From: the human T2T-CHM13v2.0 reference genome, Homo sapiens
NCBI RefSeq assembly: GCF_009914755.1
Contig: NC_060931.1
Direction: 5' to 3' (one strand)
DNA: 64,000 bases
Shown here piece by piece: positions 1 to 18,507 of the stretch. The notes under the pieces were generated by a model. The model was not told the origin of the DNA. It made no database searches and was given only the letters and a program-made list of their open reading frames with translations. The position numbers were made by a program, and so were the translations under genes. The stretch's first letter is position 1, and each line of letters starts with the position of its first letter.

Positions 1-54
1 ACTATCACATTTGAAATGCAAAGAGCAAAAATGGAATTCATTACCCTAAAGTAA

Positions 55-500
<446 letters not shown>

Positions 501-575
501 TGAACCCCTCAAAATGGCACACATTATGCTCTCGTAACCTAGTCAGTGCCCACGGCAGTGGTCTCAACCCTTTTA

Positions 576-764
<189 letters not shown>

Positions 765-984
765 CTATGTTCCAGGACAATGTAAGTGAGTTAGATATCA
801 ACTCTCCCTTGTTCAGAAATAGCACTAATACATAGGGATGGCCCCCAGTGACCCTTGGCCCCAACTGACTTTCCTTTGTCAATGAGGTTCTCTTTCTCAG
901 GAATCTGAAAACGTAAACAGACACATACAAAGACCAGAAACTGCAGGTAAAGATTCATTTCTAAACAGCGGTGCCCCCCACTAG

Positions 985-1131
985 GGAAACTTCTGGGGTG
1001 CTGGAAATTTCTACATCTTGATCTGGGTGGTGGCTACATGGATGTATACATATAAAATTTTAACTGAGCTATATGCTTAGATTAATGTACTTTACAGAAT
1101 CTATGTTATACCTTAAAAAAAAAAAAAAAAA
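985..1131 (+). mobile_element. old L1M 3'-end fragment
   Basis: GGTGCTGGAAAT..CTTGATCTGGGTGGTGG motif and A-tail. Confidence 0.6.
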
Positions 1132-2139
1132 GTGGTGTCCCCAGAGAAAAGACCCACAGCCTCCATCACCTAGGGCCCCAGAACTGCCCAGATTTTCACC
1201 CTCTTCCTGAGGCTTGCTCTTTGACAACTTTGATTCTGAAACCCTCTTTTTCCACTTAAATTGACCAAAATTCATTTCTCTTACTACAAACTAGAAGACT
1301 CACAGCAGACTAGTGAGAAAAGTCAAATTATCTCTCTTAATTAGCCATTTTTTCCTCTGTGTTGCTATTAAATCCAGGTTTCAATTAAAATCTTACTAAA
1401 GTCAGAAAAATCCCTCAAAATAGTAACACAAAAGCAAATACAGTAAAATTTACTAAGTTCAAAAAAAGACAACTACTTACTTCTCTCGATGGGATTAAAA
1501 AAATGTTGGAAGGAAATTTTGTTGTCCTAAAATTTCAACACAGTATAAAGATTCCTCATTTCCCCAACTATGTAAATCCTTCCAGGGGTAAGCAAAACAG
1601 TCCCTAATAAGTATCTGTAATTTTACTTCTCTTATATGCACTGAATAGCCCCATGAATGATTCTATTTCATGGATAACCCAGATAAAAAAGGTTTTCTGC
1701 AATAAAACATATCCTAGCTACATTATTTCTTTTAATTTGCCTTATCTAAGATAGACATAGTTTTCTCTCTTCCACCCCTTTATTTCCCTAAGTTCTTTAT
1801 TAAAAGGTGTATAAGGAATGGTATCCTTAGTACTGAGGTCACAGGCTTCTTCTTCACTGTGACATTTCTTCCTTCCTGTTAGACAGATCCTCCGCAAATA
1901 CAAAATCATTTATATGGCAGTTCCAAATAATACAATTTTTAAAACACATGGAAAGACATGCAGTTAGGTGAGAAAATGGGCTTCAGTATAGCATGTATAA
2001 ATTCATCTCTGTGAATCTTTATGATGTGGGCATGTAGTGTAGATGTTCTCTGAGTAGTGATTAAGGTTAATTTTTTTGACTTTTTGCTCATGTATTTCAT
2101 CAATTTCCTAGAATGAACACAAATTGTATAAGAAAACAA

Positions 2140-2433
2140 ATTTTTTTTTTTTTTTAAGACAGAGTCTTGCTCTGTCGCCCAGGCTGGAGTGCAGTGGCAC
2201 AATCCCAGCTCACTGCAACCTCCACCTCTGCGTTTTAAGTGATTCTCATGCCTCAGGCCTCCCGAGTAGCTGGGATTACAGGCACACACCACCATGCATG
2301 GCCAATTTTTGTATTTTTAGTAAAAATGGGGTTTCACCATGTTGGCCAGGCTGGTCTCGAATTGCCCTCAAGTGATCCATCTGCCTCAGCCTCCCACGGT
2401 GCTGAGATTACAGGCCTGAGCCACCGCACCCAA
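2140..2433 (-). mobile_element. AluS
   Basis: reverse Alu dimer. Confidence 0.92.
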
Positions 2434-2844
2434 GAAAATAATTCTAAAAGATTGTACAAGAAGATAAAATATATAACTCTAAAATCGGATGCAAATGACC
2501 CTAGTACACTGGTACTTAAGGACTAGAAGGCAGGCCTGAGGTATACTGAAGACATCCTGACCTCATAAAAGCAGCAATCTATTGCAGTCAGTAGAGCTAA
2601 AACACAACAGCAACACGAAATAAAGCCTATTGCCACCCCCACTCCCACCTAGTTTTCCTGGAAACAGATGAGATGCCTTACTTTATTCTGGACACTGCAT
2701 CAGAAGATAAGTTAGGCATAAAGACAGAAATCATTTGAGACAAGCAGTGTCAATCCTCTCCAGCACTCCCCCTAAAACAAAGGCCGGAAGCAAGATGTTT
2801 CTAACAGTTGAACTGATTTCTTCCAAATGATGCCAACCCAATTA

Positions 2845-3530
<686 letters not shown>

Positions 3531-4497
3531 TAGACAAAGGACATGCTAAGTATATGAAAAGATGTTCAAACTCACTCTTAATTAAAGAAAACATAGCACA
3601 AGAAATGAGATACTATTTTTCACCAACAGATTGCAAAATCAAAAAGACTGATGGAATCCAATGTGGTAAGGTTATGGGAAAAAGACATTTCCATATACTA
3701 CTATGACAGTGTAAACTTTCTGGAAATACTGTATAGGACATAGGAAACTTTGAGGAAAAAACATACACATACAATCACACACAAATTATAAAATACACTA
3801 CATTTTGAATGTGTATATGTGTGTGTATATGTGTGCATTTTGCTTATAAATGTATTAAAATATCTATAGATACACAAGAAACAAATAACCTTGGTTGTCT
3901 CTGGGGAAGTTCCCTAAGAAGCTGAGGATCTGGGTATAAGGGAGACTCACTGTTTGTTTTCAAGAACAGACATATAAGCTTATACATACAAAGAAAATAT
4001 CTGGAAGGATGCACAAGAAACAACAGTGATTACTTCAGGGAATTGTTAGGATTGGTGAGAAACTTCTACTTTGTGTATTACACTCTTCTGTGTTGTGTTT
4101 TAACTTTTTATCATTATCATTTATCTGTCCTATAAGTTTTTTAGGTGAAAGAATGGCATGAGACAGCTGACTGTGGGTTGTAGAATACAGGATCTCAGAG
4201 TCCCTTCAGTGTAGAAGCTTCTTTGATTCTAAGGTGTATACCATTCTCTCCTCACAGAAAAAGCTTATTTCCTCAGATTTCTTATATGGTCAAACCAACA
4301 TGTCAGACTTACTGAAATGGAATCAGAATAAAAACAGCTGAAATAAAAATCTCCACCCAGACAAATCAAAGAACCAGTTATTAGCCATTTCTCATTCTGT
4401 AATGACCTGCCTTCCTCAATAAACAAGTTGAATTTATTCTCAATAAAGGTAGCAATAAGGATTGGCTAAAGTTTTACAACATGTTCAAAGAGGTCCT

Positions 4498-4900
4498 TGT
4501 TATGGAATGCACTGTGTTCCCCCAAAATTCATACATTGAAGCCCTAACCCCAAATATAATTGTATTTGGAGACAGAGACTTTAGGGAGGTAACTGAGGCT
4601 AGCTAAATGAGGTCTTAAGGTTGGGCCCTAATCTGATAGGATTGCTGTGCTTATAAGAAAAGAGAGACCAGAGTTCACTGTTACTTGTTCTCTCTCTCCC
4701 CTCGTCAAGCCACAAAGAAAAGGCCATGCAAGCACATAGCGAGAAGGCAGCAGTCTGCAAGCTAGGAAGAGAGCTGCACCCAAAATGAATCAGCTGGCAC
4801 CTGGGACTTCTAGCCTCTAGAGCTGTGAGAAAATAAGTTTCTGCTGTTTAAGCCACCCAGTTTATGGTATTTTGTTATGTCAGTCCAAACTGACTAAACA
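4498..4900 (+). mobile_element. MaLR solo LTR (MLT1A/B-like)
   Basis: TGTTATGG..CCCCCAAAATTCATA..GAAGCCCTAACCCC start; TATGGTATTTTGTTAT..GACTAAACA end. Confidence 0.8.
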
Positions 4901-5309
4901 GTTCTTTATCCCCATCTCAACTCCAAGGAGTTGTTTAAAATCTAGCTTGATGTTGAGATGGTTATATCATCTGTTTCATCTATATTATCTGTATAAGATG
5001 CTGTTTACCTGGTTATTCTATCAAGTTGGACAATCCAGAGAGAGGTAGAACCTCAGCATTAAGCTAGGTTTTCAATTCCCTAAGAATCTTAACCCTCAAA
5101 CACCACTCCAAAACTCACTTAAAAAACAAAACAAACAAAAAGGAAACAACAAAAAAACCTTTGGAAGAAAGGAGTATAAAGGTTTCCTTTTCAGCATTTA
5201 AACATAAATTTGATAGAACACCTTAGAGTCCTATTTAAAAAGAGATCTAAGCAGAACTGATGCTCATTTCCGTAACTTCAGTAACTTTTTTAAAGTCTAA
5301 AGACATTTA

Positions 5310-5513
<204 letters not shown>

Positions 5514-5629
5514 TCAATTTCATTACACATGTCAATTCTGCAATGATGCAGGCAGAAAAAGGAGAATTTTTCCTCTCGGAGACAATCTTGAATCTTCCTC
5601 TGCTGTCTCAGAACAGGATGAGCTGCTTA

Positions 5630-5917
<288 letters not shown>

Positions 5918-6546
5918 TCATCGGTTTTACAGAATTTCGTATATTTTTCTTACTGCATATAACAGGAGAAAGTATAAAGAAAAGAAAAAGCAAAAACAGA
6001 AATAAACAAAACTCTCAACACCCAGATTCCTTTAGAGTTTGTCCCATTCATCAGTCTGAAGGTTCATCTGGCCCAGACTGAAAGAAGTGGCAACTGAGCC
6101 TCTCCAAGCAGTCTACCATTCGTACATCATAGCCAGCAAAATGCTCACTAGGGGGCAAAGCCAAGCCATGAACTTTAATCTCAGTGCGTTCTATTCTCTG
6201 AGACCCTGGTGGCTTACCAGCCAATTGTTTTCTAAATAAACCTCAAGTTTTAAGTTTCTCTATTCTTAATGTTCCATCACTCCTATTATGCACAGCCTGG
6301 AAACAACAGCAAGTAAAGGGGACAATGAACTCAGGCTCACTCACAGCCACTCCCAGGAAGGGGCTTAGACTCAAAAGAGCCTAGGTTTTGGGACCAGAGC
6401 ACCAAATGGTACAATATGAATTGACAAACAGACCTGGACTCACTTCTGAGCCAGCAGGAATTCAGAGTTTTCCCTGAAAGCCCAGTCTCATTCTTTTGGT
6501 TAATCTTCCACAATAGTCTTACTCTGATAAGCAGGTTCTCTTACAC

Positions 6547-6818
6547 TTTTTTTTTGAGACGAAGTCTCATTTTGTTGCCCAGGCTGGAGTGCAGTGGGGT
6601 GATCTCGGCTCACTGCAACCTCTGCCTCCCAGGTTCAAGAACCTGCCTCAGCCTCCCAAGCAGGTGGGATGACAGGCGCCCACCACCAAGCCCAGCTAAT
6701 TTTTGTATTTTTAGTAGAGATGGGGTTTTGCATGTTGGCCAGGCTGGTCTCAAACTCCTGACTGCAAGCAATCCACCCAAAGTGCTGGAATTACAGGCAA
6801 GAGCCACTGCACCCAGCC
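6547..6818 (-). mobile_element. Alu (internally deleted)
   Basis: reverse Alu. Confidence 0.9.
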
Positions 6819-6914
6819 TTTTTCTTACACTTTTATCATGAACACAGGAGTTGTTTCAATACTCTCACCCAGGTTATACAACGCCCCTACTCACCCAACA
6901 CTACCACATCTTAC

Positions 6915-6986
6915 CTATAGCAGAAACAGACTGTGTATCTTTATATTTATCCTTTGCCACGGCCCAATCCACAGCCACTGTCCGGC
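6915..6986 (-). CDS. RBM28: RBM28 coding exon 6 ([23 protein letters not shown])
   Basis: TGACAG acceptor, GTAAGA donor, 72 nt. Confidence 0.96.
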   Translation of the reverse strand, partial: AGQWLWIGPWQRINIKIHSLFLL

Positions 6987-7346
6987 CTGTCAAGCAGAAA
7001 AGTGGCATCAGAAAGGCTCTCCTTTTAAAAACCCTACCTCTGTAAATGACCCCTAGTCATCACAGACAATAATGGAACCAGTGGAGACAAAGAAACTGCC
7101 AATTCAGGGAATGCTGGTCTTAAAATAAAGCTCCTAGTCACTGCCTACTCCTTTTAACCCTTAACCTTTTTATCAATGAACAGAAATTTTGCCTTTCTAC
7201 ATAGCCACCACACCTGGGATAAGATGGAGTAAAAAAATAAAGAATTAGAACTATGTTTCCAGTTAGACTATCAGGAATCAAAACAGGCATTCTGGAATCA
7301 TCTGCACCCTACCTGGAAGCTAGGACATCTCTACGGCAATAACTTC

Positions 7347-7647
7347 TTTTTTTTTTTTTTTTTGAGACACAGTCTCGCTCTGTCGCCCAGGCTGGAGTGC
7401 AGTGGTGCCATCTCAGTTCACTGCAACCTCCACCTCCAGGTTCAAGCGATTCTCCTGCCTCAGCCTCTTGAGTAGCTGGGATTACAAGCATGCACCACCA
7501 CACCTGGCTAATTTTTGTATTTTCAGTAGAGACGGGGTTTCGCCATGTTGACCAGGCTGGTCTTGAACTCCTGACCTCAGGTGATCCACCTGCCTCCTCG
7601 GCCTCCCAAAGTGCTAGGATTACAGGTGTGAGCCACCGCACCTGGCC
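7347..7647 (-). mobile_element. AluS with TSD GGCAATAACTTCTTT
   Basis: TSD at 7335-7349 and 7648-7662. Confidence 0.95.
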
Positions 7648-7986
7648 GGCAATAACTTCTTTAGGCACAGTACTTGATAAGTCAATATATAAATCACAGT
7701 CAGTTTAATAAATAGCCCACAGATGCTGAACAGTGATATAACCAAGGAGGAATCTAGATACCAACCTGCATCTATCAGCAATTATCTCAGGGACATTTTT
7801 CACTAGGGATTTAAAAGGACACTCTCACCAGATAAAAGAAAGAATACTGGCAAGGGTTCTTTCAAGTTTAACCCCAAGATCAAGTTCTAGAGTATTTCAC
7901 CTAAATAGCTACCGTATTAGCAATGAGACTCTTAATAATGCAAACATCTTTTGAAAATGCAGAAAGTGGGTTACTACACTAATTCA

Positions 7987-8184
<198 letters not shown>

Positions 8185-8512
8185 CTAAGAAGTAAATTAC
8201 TGCAATTCAGGCCCACAAGATGGCCCAAATTCTGCCAGCAGGTCAGGCCCTTCCCCAAAGCAATTGCTTACATCTTCTTACTGAGTATACTCTGACTTGG
8301 ACTTGGGGAGAGCAAAACACTTTCTCAAACTAACTCGCCTTCTAAAACTAATTCTGATCCAACAGAAAATATCATCAGGGGAATAAAACCATTATTTGGG
8401 TTTTCATTAGATGTGAAGCACTGTGCCAAATACTTCATATATATCATATATGTTTGTTCAAGGGTAATATGTTAACTAACGTAATCCACACCAAGTGAAG
8501 GTTTATTAGTAC

Positions 8513-8588
8513 CTGGTTTCCTAGGGATATTTACTTCCAGGACAGCTCCAAATTGAGCAAATACTGTCTTCAAGTCATCTTCTGAACA
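8513..8588 (-). CDS. RBM28: RBM28 coding exon 4 ([25 protein letters not shown])
   Basis: CTTCAG acceptor, GTACTA donor, 76 nt. Confidence 0.95.
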
Positions 8589-8980
8589 CTGAAGCCAAAA
8601 GTGAAGAAAGAAAAAGAGAAACACAATCACAGCAAATTAACATAAAACATCAACTACTAAATTCATTAATTATGAAAAACATGAATGTTTACTTTTTTTT
8701 ATTTTTGATACTAGGACATCAAATGTTTCTAAATAGAAGACATTTTACTTTGTACCTAAGAGGCAAAAACACAGACGTCTGAGAACTTTTTCTACCTTTT
8801 CTTTCTCAGTAGTAGTTTCCCCAAAAAGGAAAGCAGCTTCACACTTAGTGCCCTTATTACACAGGCCCACTTTCTGAATTCAACAGGGGTAAGGTTGATT
8901 CCCAGAAGGAATTAAGCCCAATTATACCATCTTGGTGAGGAGTTCTACTAATGATCACATCTTGGCTCTAAAAGCCTTCA

Positions 8981-9145
<165 letters not shown>

Positions 9146-9324
9146 TCACCCACTTCTACGCCAGAACATCACAGAAAAAAAAGCTACTGGCGACAGATGG
9201 CATTTACCACAGGGTTAAGTGTGGCAATAATACCAAGGAATACCAGATTTTTCCAAAGAACTAAAATGAGTATCACAATACACTGGATGATTTTGGAGAT
9301 CAAAAAGAAATGCAAAAAGCTTTA

Positions 9325-9648
<324 letters not shown>

Positions 9649-9952
9649 CTAAATGAGTAAATCCTCAAAGCCTAAGCTAGAGGATATACTGCCAACCCAT
9701 CTTGCTATCAGTTTGCCAAAAGTCTCAGGAGGGCGAGAAACAAGGGTGGTATCAGTGGTTCCCTCCCCACTTTGCTTAGGAACTGTTAGCCTTCCTCCTC
9801 TTTTAATTTAGTGTCTTTGCTGTTAGCTCCCCTTCTTCCCCCTTTCTTGATAATCCCAAGAAAACAGAGAATCCATGACATATGAGGCCCTCAAAGAACT
9901 CAACATCAAAAAGAACAAAACATCACCAAAGAAGGCAGGAAAGGTAAGTATA

Positions 9953-10378
9953 TGCTATGGTTTGAATGTGTCCCCCAAATTTCATGTGTTGGAAACTTAA
10001 TCCCCAATGTAGCAGTATTGAAAGGTGGAGTCTTTAAGAGGTGACTGGATCAGAGGACTCTGTCTTCAGGAATGGATTAATCAATTTATGGATTAATGGG
10101 TTAATAGATTAATGGGCTATCATGAGAGTGGAGCTGGGGGCTTTATAAGAAGAGGAAGAGAGACCTGAGCAAGCACATTAGCATGCTCAGCCCCCTCGCC
10201 ATGACACCCTGCACTGTCTGGGCATTTTGCAGAGTCCCCACCAACAAGAAGGCTCTCACCAGATACAGCCACTAAACTTTGGACTTCTCAGCCTCCAGAA
10301 CTTAAGAAATAAATTTTTCTTTACAAAGTACCTAGTTTCAGGTATTCTCTTATAAGCAACAGAAAATGAATTAAGACA
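9953..10378 (+). mobile_element. MST-family MaLR solo LTR
   Basis: TGCTATGGTTTGAATGTGTCCCCCAAA..TTAAGACA; GTATA/GTATG flanks. Confidence 0.85.
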
Positions 10379-11675
10379 GTATGGTAGCTTCAAAAATCAG
10401 AACACAATAATGCAGTTACTCCTCAAAATAGATCAGCAATAAATGCCTGAGGCCCAGACAAAAGAACCTCAAACAATAAATATTGCTCAGAGAGACTGCA
10501 GATGTTATGACCACTATTACCAACGCCTTAGCTGTCGATATCAAATTAAACCTTTCCAAAGCAGCTGTGCATTCTTGTCTCATTTTATCTTTAGAACACC
10601 TCAAAATAGGTAAAGCAAATATTATCACCCCTTCTTTCCAAGTAAGTAATTTGAGATGGAAGACAGTAAGTGAATTGGTTAATGTCACACAGGGTGTTAG
10701 TAGCTGAATTAACTCCTCCTCACCAGCCCCCATGTTCTTCCATAGGACTCCACAAAGAATAATATTAGGACCAAGGAGATGAAAACTACAAATATCAACT
10801 GTAACCCACCTTTGCCCTTTTTGGTTTAACATTTTGTATAGTAAAATTTTAAATAATTTATTGCATCAAAAAGGAAAAGGACAGATCAAGAAGTCTGCCT
10901 TTACCTGAAAAGGACACATAGTTCATATGCTCTGCTTCTCTTTCCACTGCATTTGAATCTCCTTCAGGGTATAAGCCCTTTGACACAGGACACTGATCTA
11001 CATAAACTGGTTAAAGCAACATAACATCAATTTTTCTCTTCTCTTGAACTCCTTATCATAAAAGCTGCCCACTCACCTTTCAGAAAATGAGCACAAGAAA
11101 ATTCATAGCCCTTCATGATCAGTACAACCAAAAGTAAAGCAGCTGAAATGTAAAAGAGTTTGACACCCAAATGAAAGGACATACAGTAAATACCACACAT
11201 TTTACATGTCTGCATAAAGCATGCTCACATACATTTAGAGTCCCTGACAACCCTGTGAAATTATTCCCATCTTAAAGAGGTGAAGTGACATGCACTGCTA
11301 TTGAGGAAGACTTCATTCCACATACCCTCCCTCCCGTTTCACTGAGTGCAGCACTCTTTCCAGTACATATCAGCTGTCTGGATAGGAAAGTGCATAGTTT
11401 TTTAAAAGGAAGTAAGAGATTTTTAAGGATTTAGACCAAGTACACAAGGTGTAAGGTAAGATTGCATGTAGCCTATATTCTGAGGACTCAAAGGAGAACT
11501 CCCATTCAATGGCCTATTCTTCCCTGGAATACAACCACCTGGGTACGGAATGCTACTTACACTGGAACCCAGTACATACATATATTCTTTATTTAAAACT
11601 TAAAAGTTTTACAAATACTTATCCTTTACCATATATGGACGTACTCCTATACTATTTAATTTTTTAAGAACTCTA

Positions 11676-11971
<296 letters not shown>

Positions 11972-12089
11972 CTCTAGTCATGACCCACTCAAGACCCACT
12001 AATAGGTAATAATCTGCAGTTTAATAAACATTACTGTACAGGACTTTCGGTCCCTATTTTAAGTACATAAGCTTTTGTCCTATTCTCCA

Positions 12090-12975
12090 ACAGTCTATTG
12101 GCAACACACCAGCCAGAGAGAGAATCTTTCAAAACGAATGCCAGATCACACTTACTGCTCTCTGCTTAAAATCAGTGGCTTCCTATCTCTGAGTAAAAGC
12201 CAAAGTCCTTGCAATGGTCTATAACATCCTACATGAGGCGGGCGGATCACCTGAGGTCTGGAGTTCCAGACAACCCTGGCCAACATAGCGAAACCCCGTC
12301 TCTACTAAAAATACAAAAATTAGCCAGGTGTAGTGACACTCGCCTGTAATCCCAGCTACTTGGGAGGCTGAGGCAGGAGAATGGGTTGAACCAGGAGGCA
12401 GAGGTTGCAGTGAGCGGAGATCGTGGCACTGCACTCCCGCCTGGGCGACAGAGCAAGACGCAGTCTTTAAAAAAAAAAAAAAATCTTACATGATCTGCTA
12501 CTCTAGATCTCATCTCCTAATTCTCTTCCCTTTACTCACTTCAATCCAGTCACCCTGTCCTCCTTACTACTCCTCCAATATACCAAAAACACCTCTGTTT
12601 CAGTACCTTTGAGCTTGCTGTTTTCTCTTCCTGAATTGTTCTTCCTCCGGAGAGGCATGTGTTCACTCTCTCACCTCAGTCCGTCCTTCTCTGGCCACCC
12701 TATCTATATTGCCACTCTTCACCCCCTCTCCCCACTATACACATGCACATAGACTTCCTAACCCCTTTCCCTGGCTTATTTTTCTCCTTAGCATTTGACA
12801 TCATTTTCACGGTTGGCTTGTTTATTGGCTCGTTTATTGGCTCTCTTCCCCACCTTGAAGACATAAAATCAAAGATTTTTTTGGTTTGGTGTTGTGCACT
12901 GCTGCATCCCCAGGACCTACAACACTTCCTGGCACACAGTAGGTATTAAGTATTTGCTGAATAAATGAATGAACA
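12090..12975 (+). mobile_element. L2 3' region interrupted by a 5'-truncated Alu (12236-12483)
   Basis: L2 tail GGCACACAGTAGG..GCTGAATAAATGAATGAA; Alu TSD ATCYTACATGA. Confidence 0.8.
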
Positions 12976-12999
12976 AGTGGATAGCATCCTGGCTAAGAT

Positions 13000-13200
13000 G
13001 TCCAGGTCTGAGGATCAAATCGGGGGTCCACTACTTAACAGCCGTACAAACTTAAAGTTACTAAATTCCCCTAAATCCCGGATTCCTGTCTGTAAAATGA
13101 CATTAAGACTCTCCATCCGGTAAGATTGCTGAGAAAATTAAATGAGATAACCTGTATCAAACTGATCACTGTACCTGCCAATCAGGTGACTCTCAATAAG
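13000..13200 (+). mobile_element. MIR
   Basis: CTGTAAAATG..GAGAAAATTAAATGAGATAA core. Confidence 0.65.
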
Positions 13201-13292
13201 TCTTACTGATGCTCTAGTTAACTATTTTCATTTTTAGCGCGCATAATCAACAGAAAGCGCTATAGAAACGTAAGGGAATGCTTTGCCCTTCA

Positions 13293-13850
<558 letters not shown>

Positions 13851-13867
13851 ATCAATAATTTCTACCC

Positions 13868-13929
13868 TAGTGTTACAGCTTTTTTAGAATTTGCCTAGCA
13901 GGCTTTCTGGTTTTTGCCGGAAGGCCTCC
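13868..13929 (+). pseudogene. U7 snRNA retrocopy (RNU7 pseudogene family)
   Basis: AGTGTTACAGCTTTTTTAGAATTTGCCTAGCAGGCTTTCTGGTTTTTGCCGGAAGGCC matches U7 over its full length; A-rich tail; 15-bp TSD AATAATTTCTACCCT at 13854-13868 and 13969-13983. Confidence 0.93.
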
Positions 13930-14409
13930 AAAAAGTAATTTTTTTTCTTAATATACAAAATAAAAATAAATAATTTCTACCCTGTTTAAAAATCTCACCT
14001 CCAGATCCTCCCCAAAGTTAGCAGGACAGGCAGAAGAAGTCGTTTTTGCCCCGGGCGTAACTCAGGATCTGATATACTGTGGGTGTTTGATATTTTCTGA
14101 AGTGCCTCCACAAATTCCCAGATTACGTGCATAAAACACAACCGGAACACTAACACGTAGACATAGATATATCATATACATCATTCGGACGATTCTCATT
14201 TTCGGAGAACACCAGCTGTCTGTCACCTCAGCCTCACAAACAAATTGTAGCTACTAAAATACACATAGACACAGATAGTACACAATTATTATTTCAATAA
14301 ATATATACTGAGCTCTAACTATGAGCCAAGCATTAGGGATAAAACTGGTGAGCAAAGAAATGACAGGGTCCCTGCCCTCATAGAGATTACAGTCTAATGG
14401 TGGAAACAG

Positions 14410-14695
14410 ATTTTTTTTTTTGACAGGGCCTCACTTTATCAACCAGGCCGGAGTGCACTGGCACGATCTCGGCTTACTGCAGCCTCGACCTCCCAGGTTC
14501 AAGCAGTCCTCCTGCCTCAGCCTCCTGAGTAGCTGGAACTACAGGTGCACCACCACACCCGGCTAATTTTTGTATTTTTTGCAGAGACAGGGTTTCACCA
14601 TGTTGCCCAGGCTGGTCTCAAACTCCTGAGCTCAATTAGCCCCCCTTAGCCTCCTAAAGTGCTAGGATTATAGGTGTGAACCACCACACCTGGCT
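14410..14695 (-). mobile_element. AluJ
   Basis: reverse Alu. Confidence 0.9.
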
Positions 14696-15034
14696 GGGAA
14701 GACTATTAGTCCAAAAATTCTTACAAATAAATCACAGCACACACACTGCAGGACCACATCAAACACACTCAAAGCAAACATAACATCCAACTTATACACA
14801 GAGACCTAGAACCCATGTCCTCCTAGAAACAGAAGATCTTTGTCTCAAGTCAGCTCATCAGACAGACCCAAAGCTGAGAGCTCTTAATTGGCTAGGAAAT
14901 CTGGGTGCTCCTGGTTCTGGAACACAGAGAGTGTTTGCCATGCCACTGGGCTCAGGACCTGAATAGGTGCAAGAGAGCTACACCTTGCAGAACAACTAGC
15001 TCAAAAAAAAGTACCCAAGGCCATTTTTTAAATA

Positions 15035-15325
15035 GTTTTTTTTTTAGCAGACTCTTGCTCTGTCACCCAACTTGGGGTGCAGTGGCACCATCATGGCTCA
15101 CTGCAGCCTTGATCTCCTGGGCTCAAGCAATACTGCCACCTCAGCCTCCTGAGAAGCTAGGACCACAAGTGTGTACCACCATGCCTGGCCAATTTATTTA
15201 TTTTTTTGTACAGACAGTTCTCCCTGTGTTGCCCAGGCTAGTCTTGAACTCCTGGGATAAACCAATCCTCCCACTACGGCCTCCCAAAGTGTTGGGATTA
15301 TAGGCGTGAGCCACTGAGCCCAGCC
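15035..15325 (-). mobile_element. AluJ
   Basis: reverse Alu. Confidence 0.88.
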
Positions 15326-15585
15326 AAATCATTACTTTTAAATGATAGTAACATGGCAGATAGAAAACTCAAAAACTTTACAGTTTTAGTACCTTTTATA
15401 AGGCACTATGGTGAAAATTAAGTTTCATGATCTCCTCAAGCCCCATTCACTTTCAATACATTTTGGATGGCTAGACGACTGGTTGATAGTGATGGGAGTG
15501 GAGATTAGGGGGACACTAAACATCACATTTATGGAGCTCTAGTTCGAAGTAAGTAATCTATGCTTAAAATAAAACTTCACGATTA

Positions 15586-17080
<1,495 letters not shown>

Positions 17081-17899
17081 AAATAAATTTAAAAATATTA
17101 CTCAGGAAAGGAAGCTTTGAAATACAAAACAGATTTTTAAGGTTGCTATGTTAATCCTATCCAGGAAAAAGAGAAACAAACAGATAAAGGCAATGGGATG
17201 GATCATGTAACAAAGTTGGTTTGGGACTCCACATCCTCCTCTTCCTTCTCCTTCCCTCCTGCCCACTCCTATCACCTTAGGAATTAAAATTCCACCCCCA
17301 AAGATTAAATTGTGAGCTTCAGAACCCCAGCTAAGGGGAAGCCTTCCTAGTCCTGGCTGCAGTCTGTACAAGGAAAACAATCCTGAGAAGATTGTTCCAA
17401 TATTCCTTTGTGAGACCCTCCACAAATGCTAAGTTTTAAATAGCTCTGATCCAAATCTTCCTTAATTTAGGACAAATCTAACTCTGTCTCTATGCCCATC
17501 AGGGGGCAGCAGCCACCCACAGTGCAGGGTTCTGTGCCCTTCTGGGAGGACAACAGTGCAGCTGACCCTTTCTACCCTCCCCACGGTTCAGACCTGGTTC
17601 CCCGATCTGTCTCTCAGCCCAATCCCCTCCAATCCATTTATATCAGGGCAGGCAATGGTTCTTTCCTCAGGAATATTTGCTCATCCATCTACCCAAGACA
17701 CATGCAGCAATCTTTATTAAATAGCAGGTGCTGTGCTACCCTGCATCACACCAGCAATGTGGCTTCCAGGGGAAATAAACTGCTGGCCTCCTCCTCATCC
17801 ATCACTGTGCAGGAGCCAGGAAAGGAAGTAAGAGAGGCCTGGGCTGTTCTCAGCCAGCCTCTTCCAGATCCCATCCCTCTAGCTCCACTCCCCCTGGCA

Positions 17900-18155
17900 A
17901 GCTAAACCTTCTTATAATACAGAATAGTTCTTGGCCTTAACACTTGTCACAACTATAATTAATTACTTGTGCTATTGTGATTATTTATGTCATTAGTTGT
18001 TTAACATCTGCCTTCCCCCAACAGGCTTTCAATTTCGTAAATTCATGGCTGGTGTCTACCTCGTTCACCTGTCTATTCCCAGCACCTAGTACGTCATAGG
18101 CATTCAGTAAATATTCTTTAAGAGATTGAATGAATGAATAAATGAATGAATGTGA
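17900..18155 (+). mobile_element. L2 3' end
   Basis: CCCAGCACCTAG..CATTCAGTAAATATT..(TGAA)n tail. Confidence 0.7.
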
Positions 18156-18458
18156 GTTTGTCTTTCAGTCCCCACAATACCAAGACTTGGAACTGAAGGG
18201 TGTAGGCATTAGGATCTACCTGGATTCTTCCTGGGAAACCCACTCTGGGTAAGGGATGAGGCATGAGACAAAAGGAAAGGATCCTCTAAACAAAATCTTG
18301 GCCTCTTTATGAAGTAAAAGGGCTGAGGTTATCCTTGCTGAGGAAAATCAAAGAAGTGTTGGAGCTGGTGAACACCGAGCTGTATTCCCTCAACTCCCTC
18401 CTGCCTCCCCCCAACTCCATTTAGAGCTGCCATACAGAAAAGGAGTGTATGTGCAGAA

Positions 18459-18460
18459 GT

Positions 18461-18506
<46 letters not shown>
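18459..18506. repeat. (GT)n(GA)n microsatellite
   Basis: direct. Confidence 0.95.
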
Positions 18507-18507
<1 letters not shown>

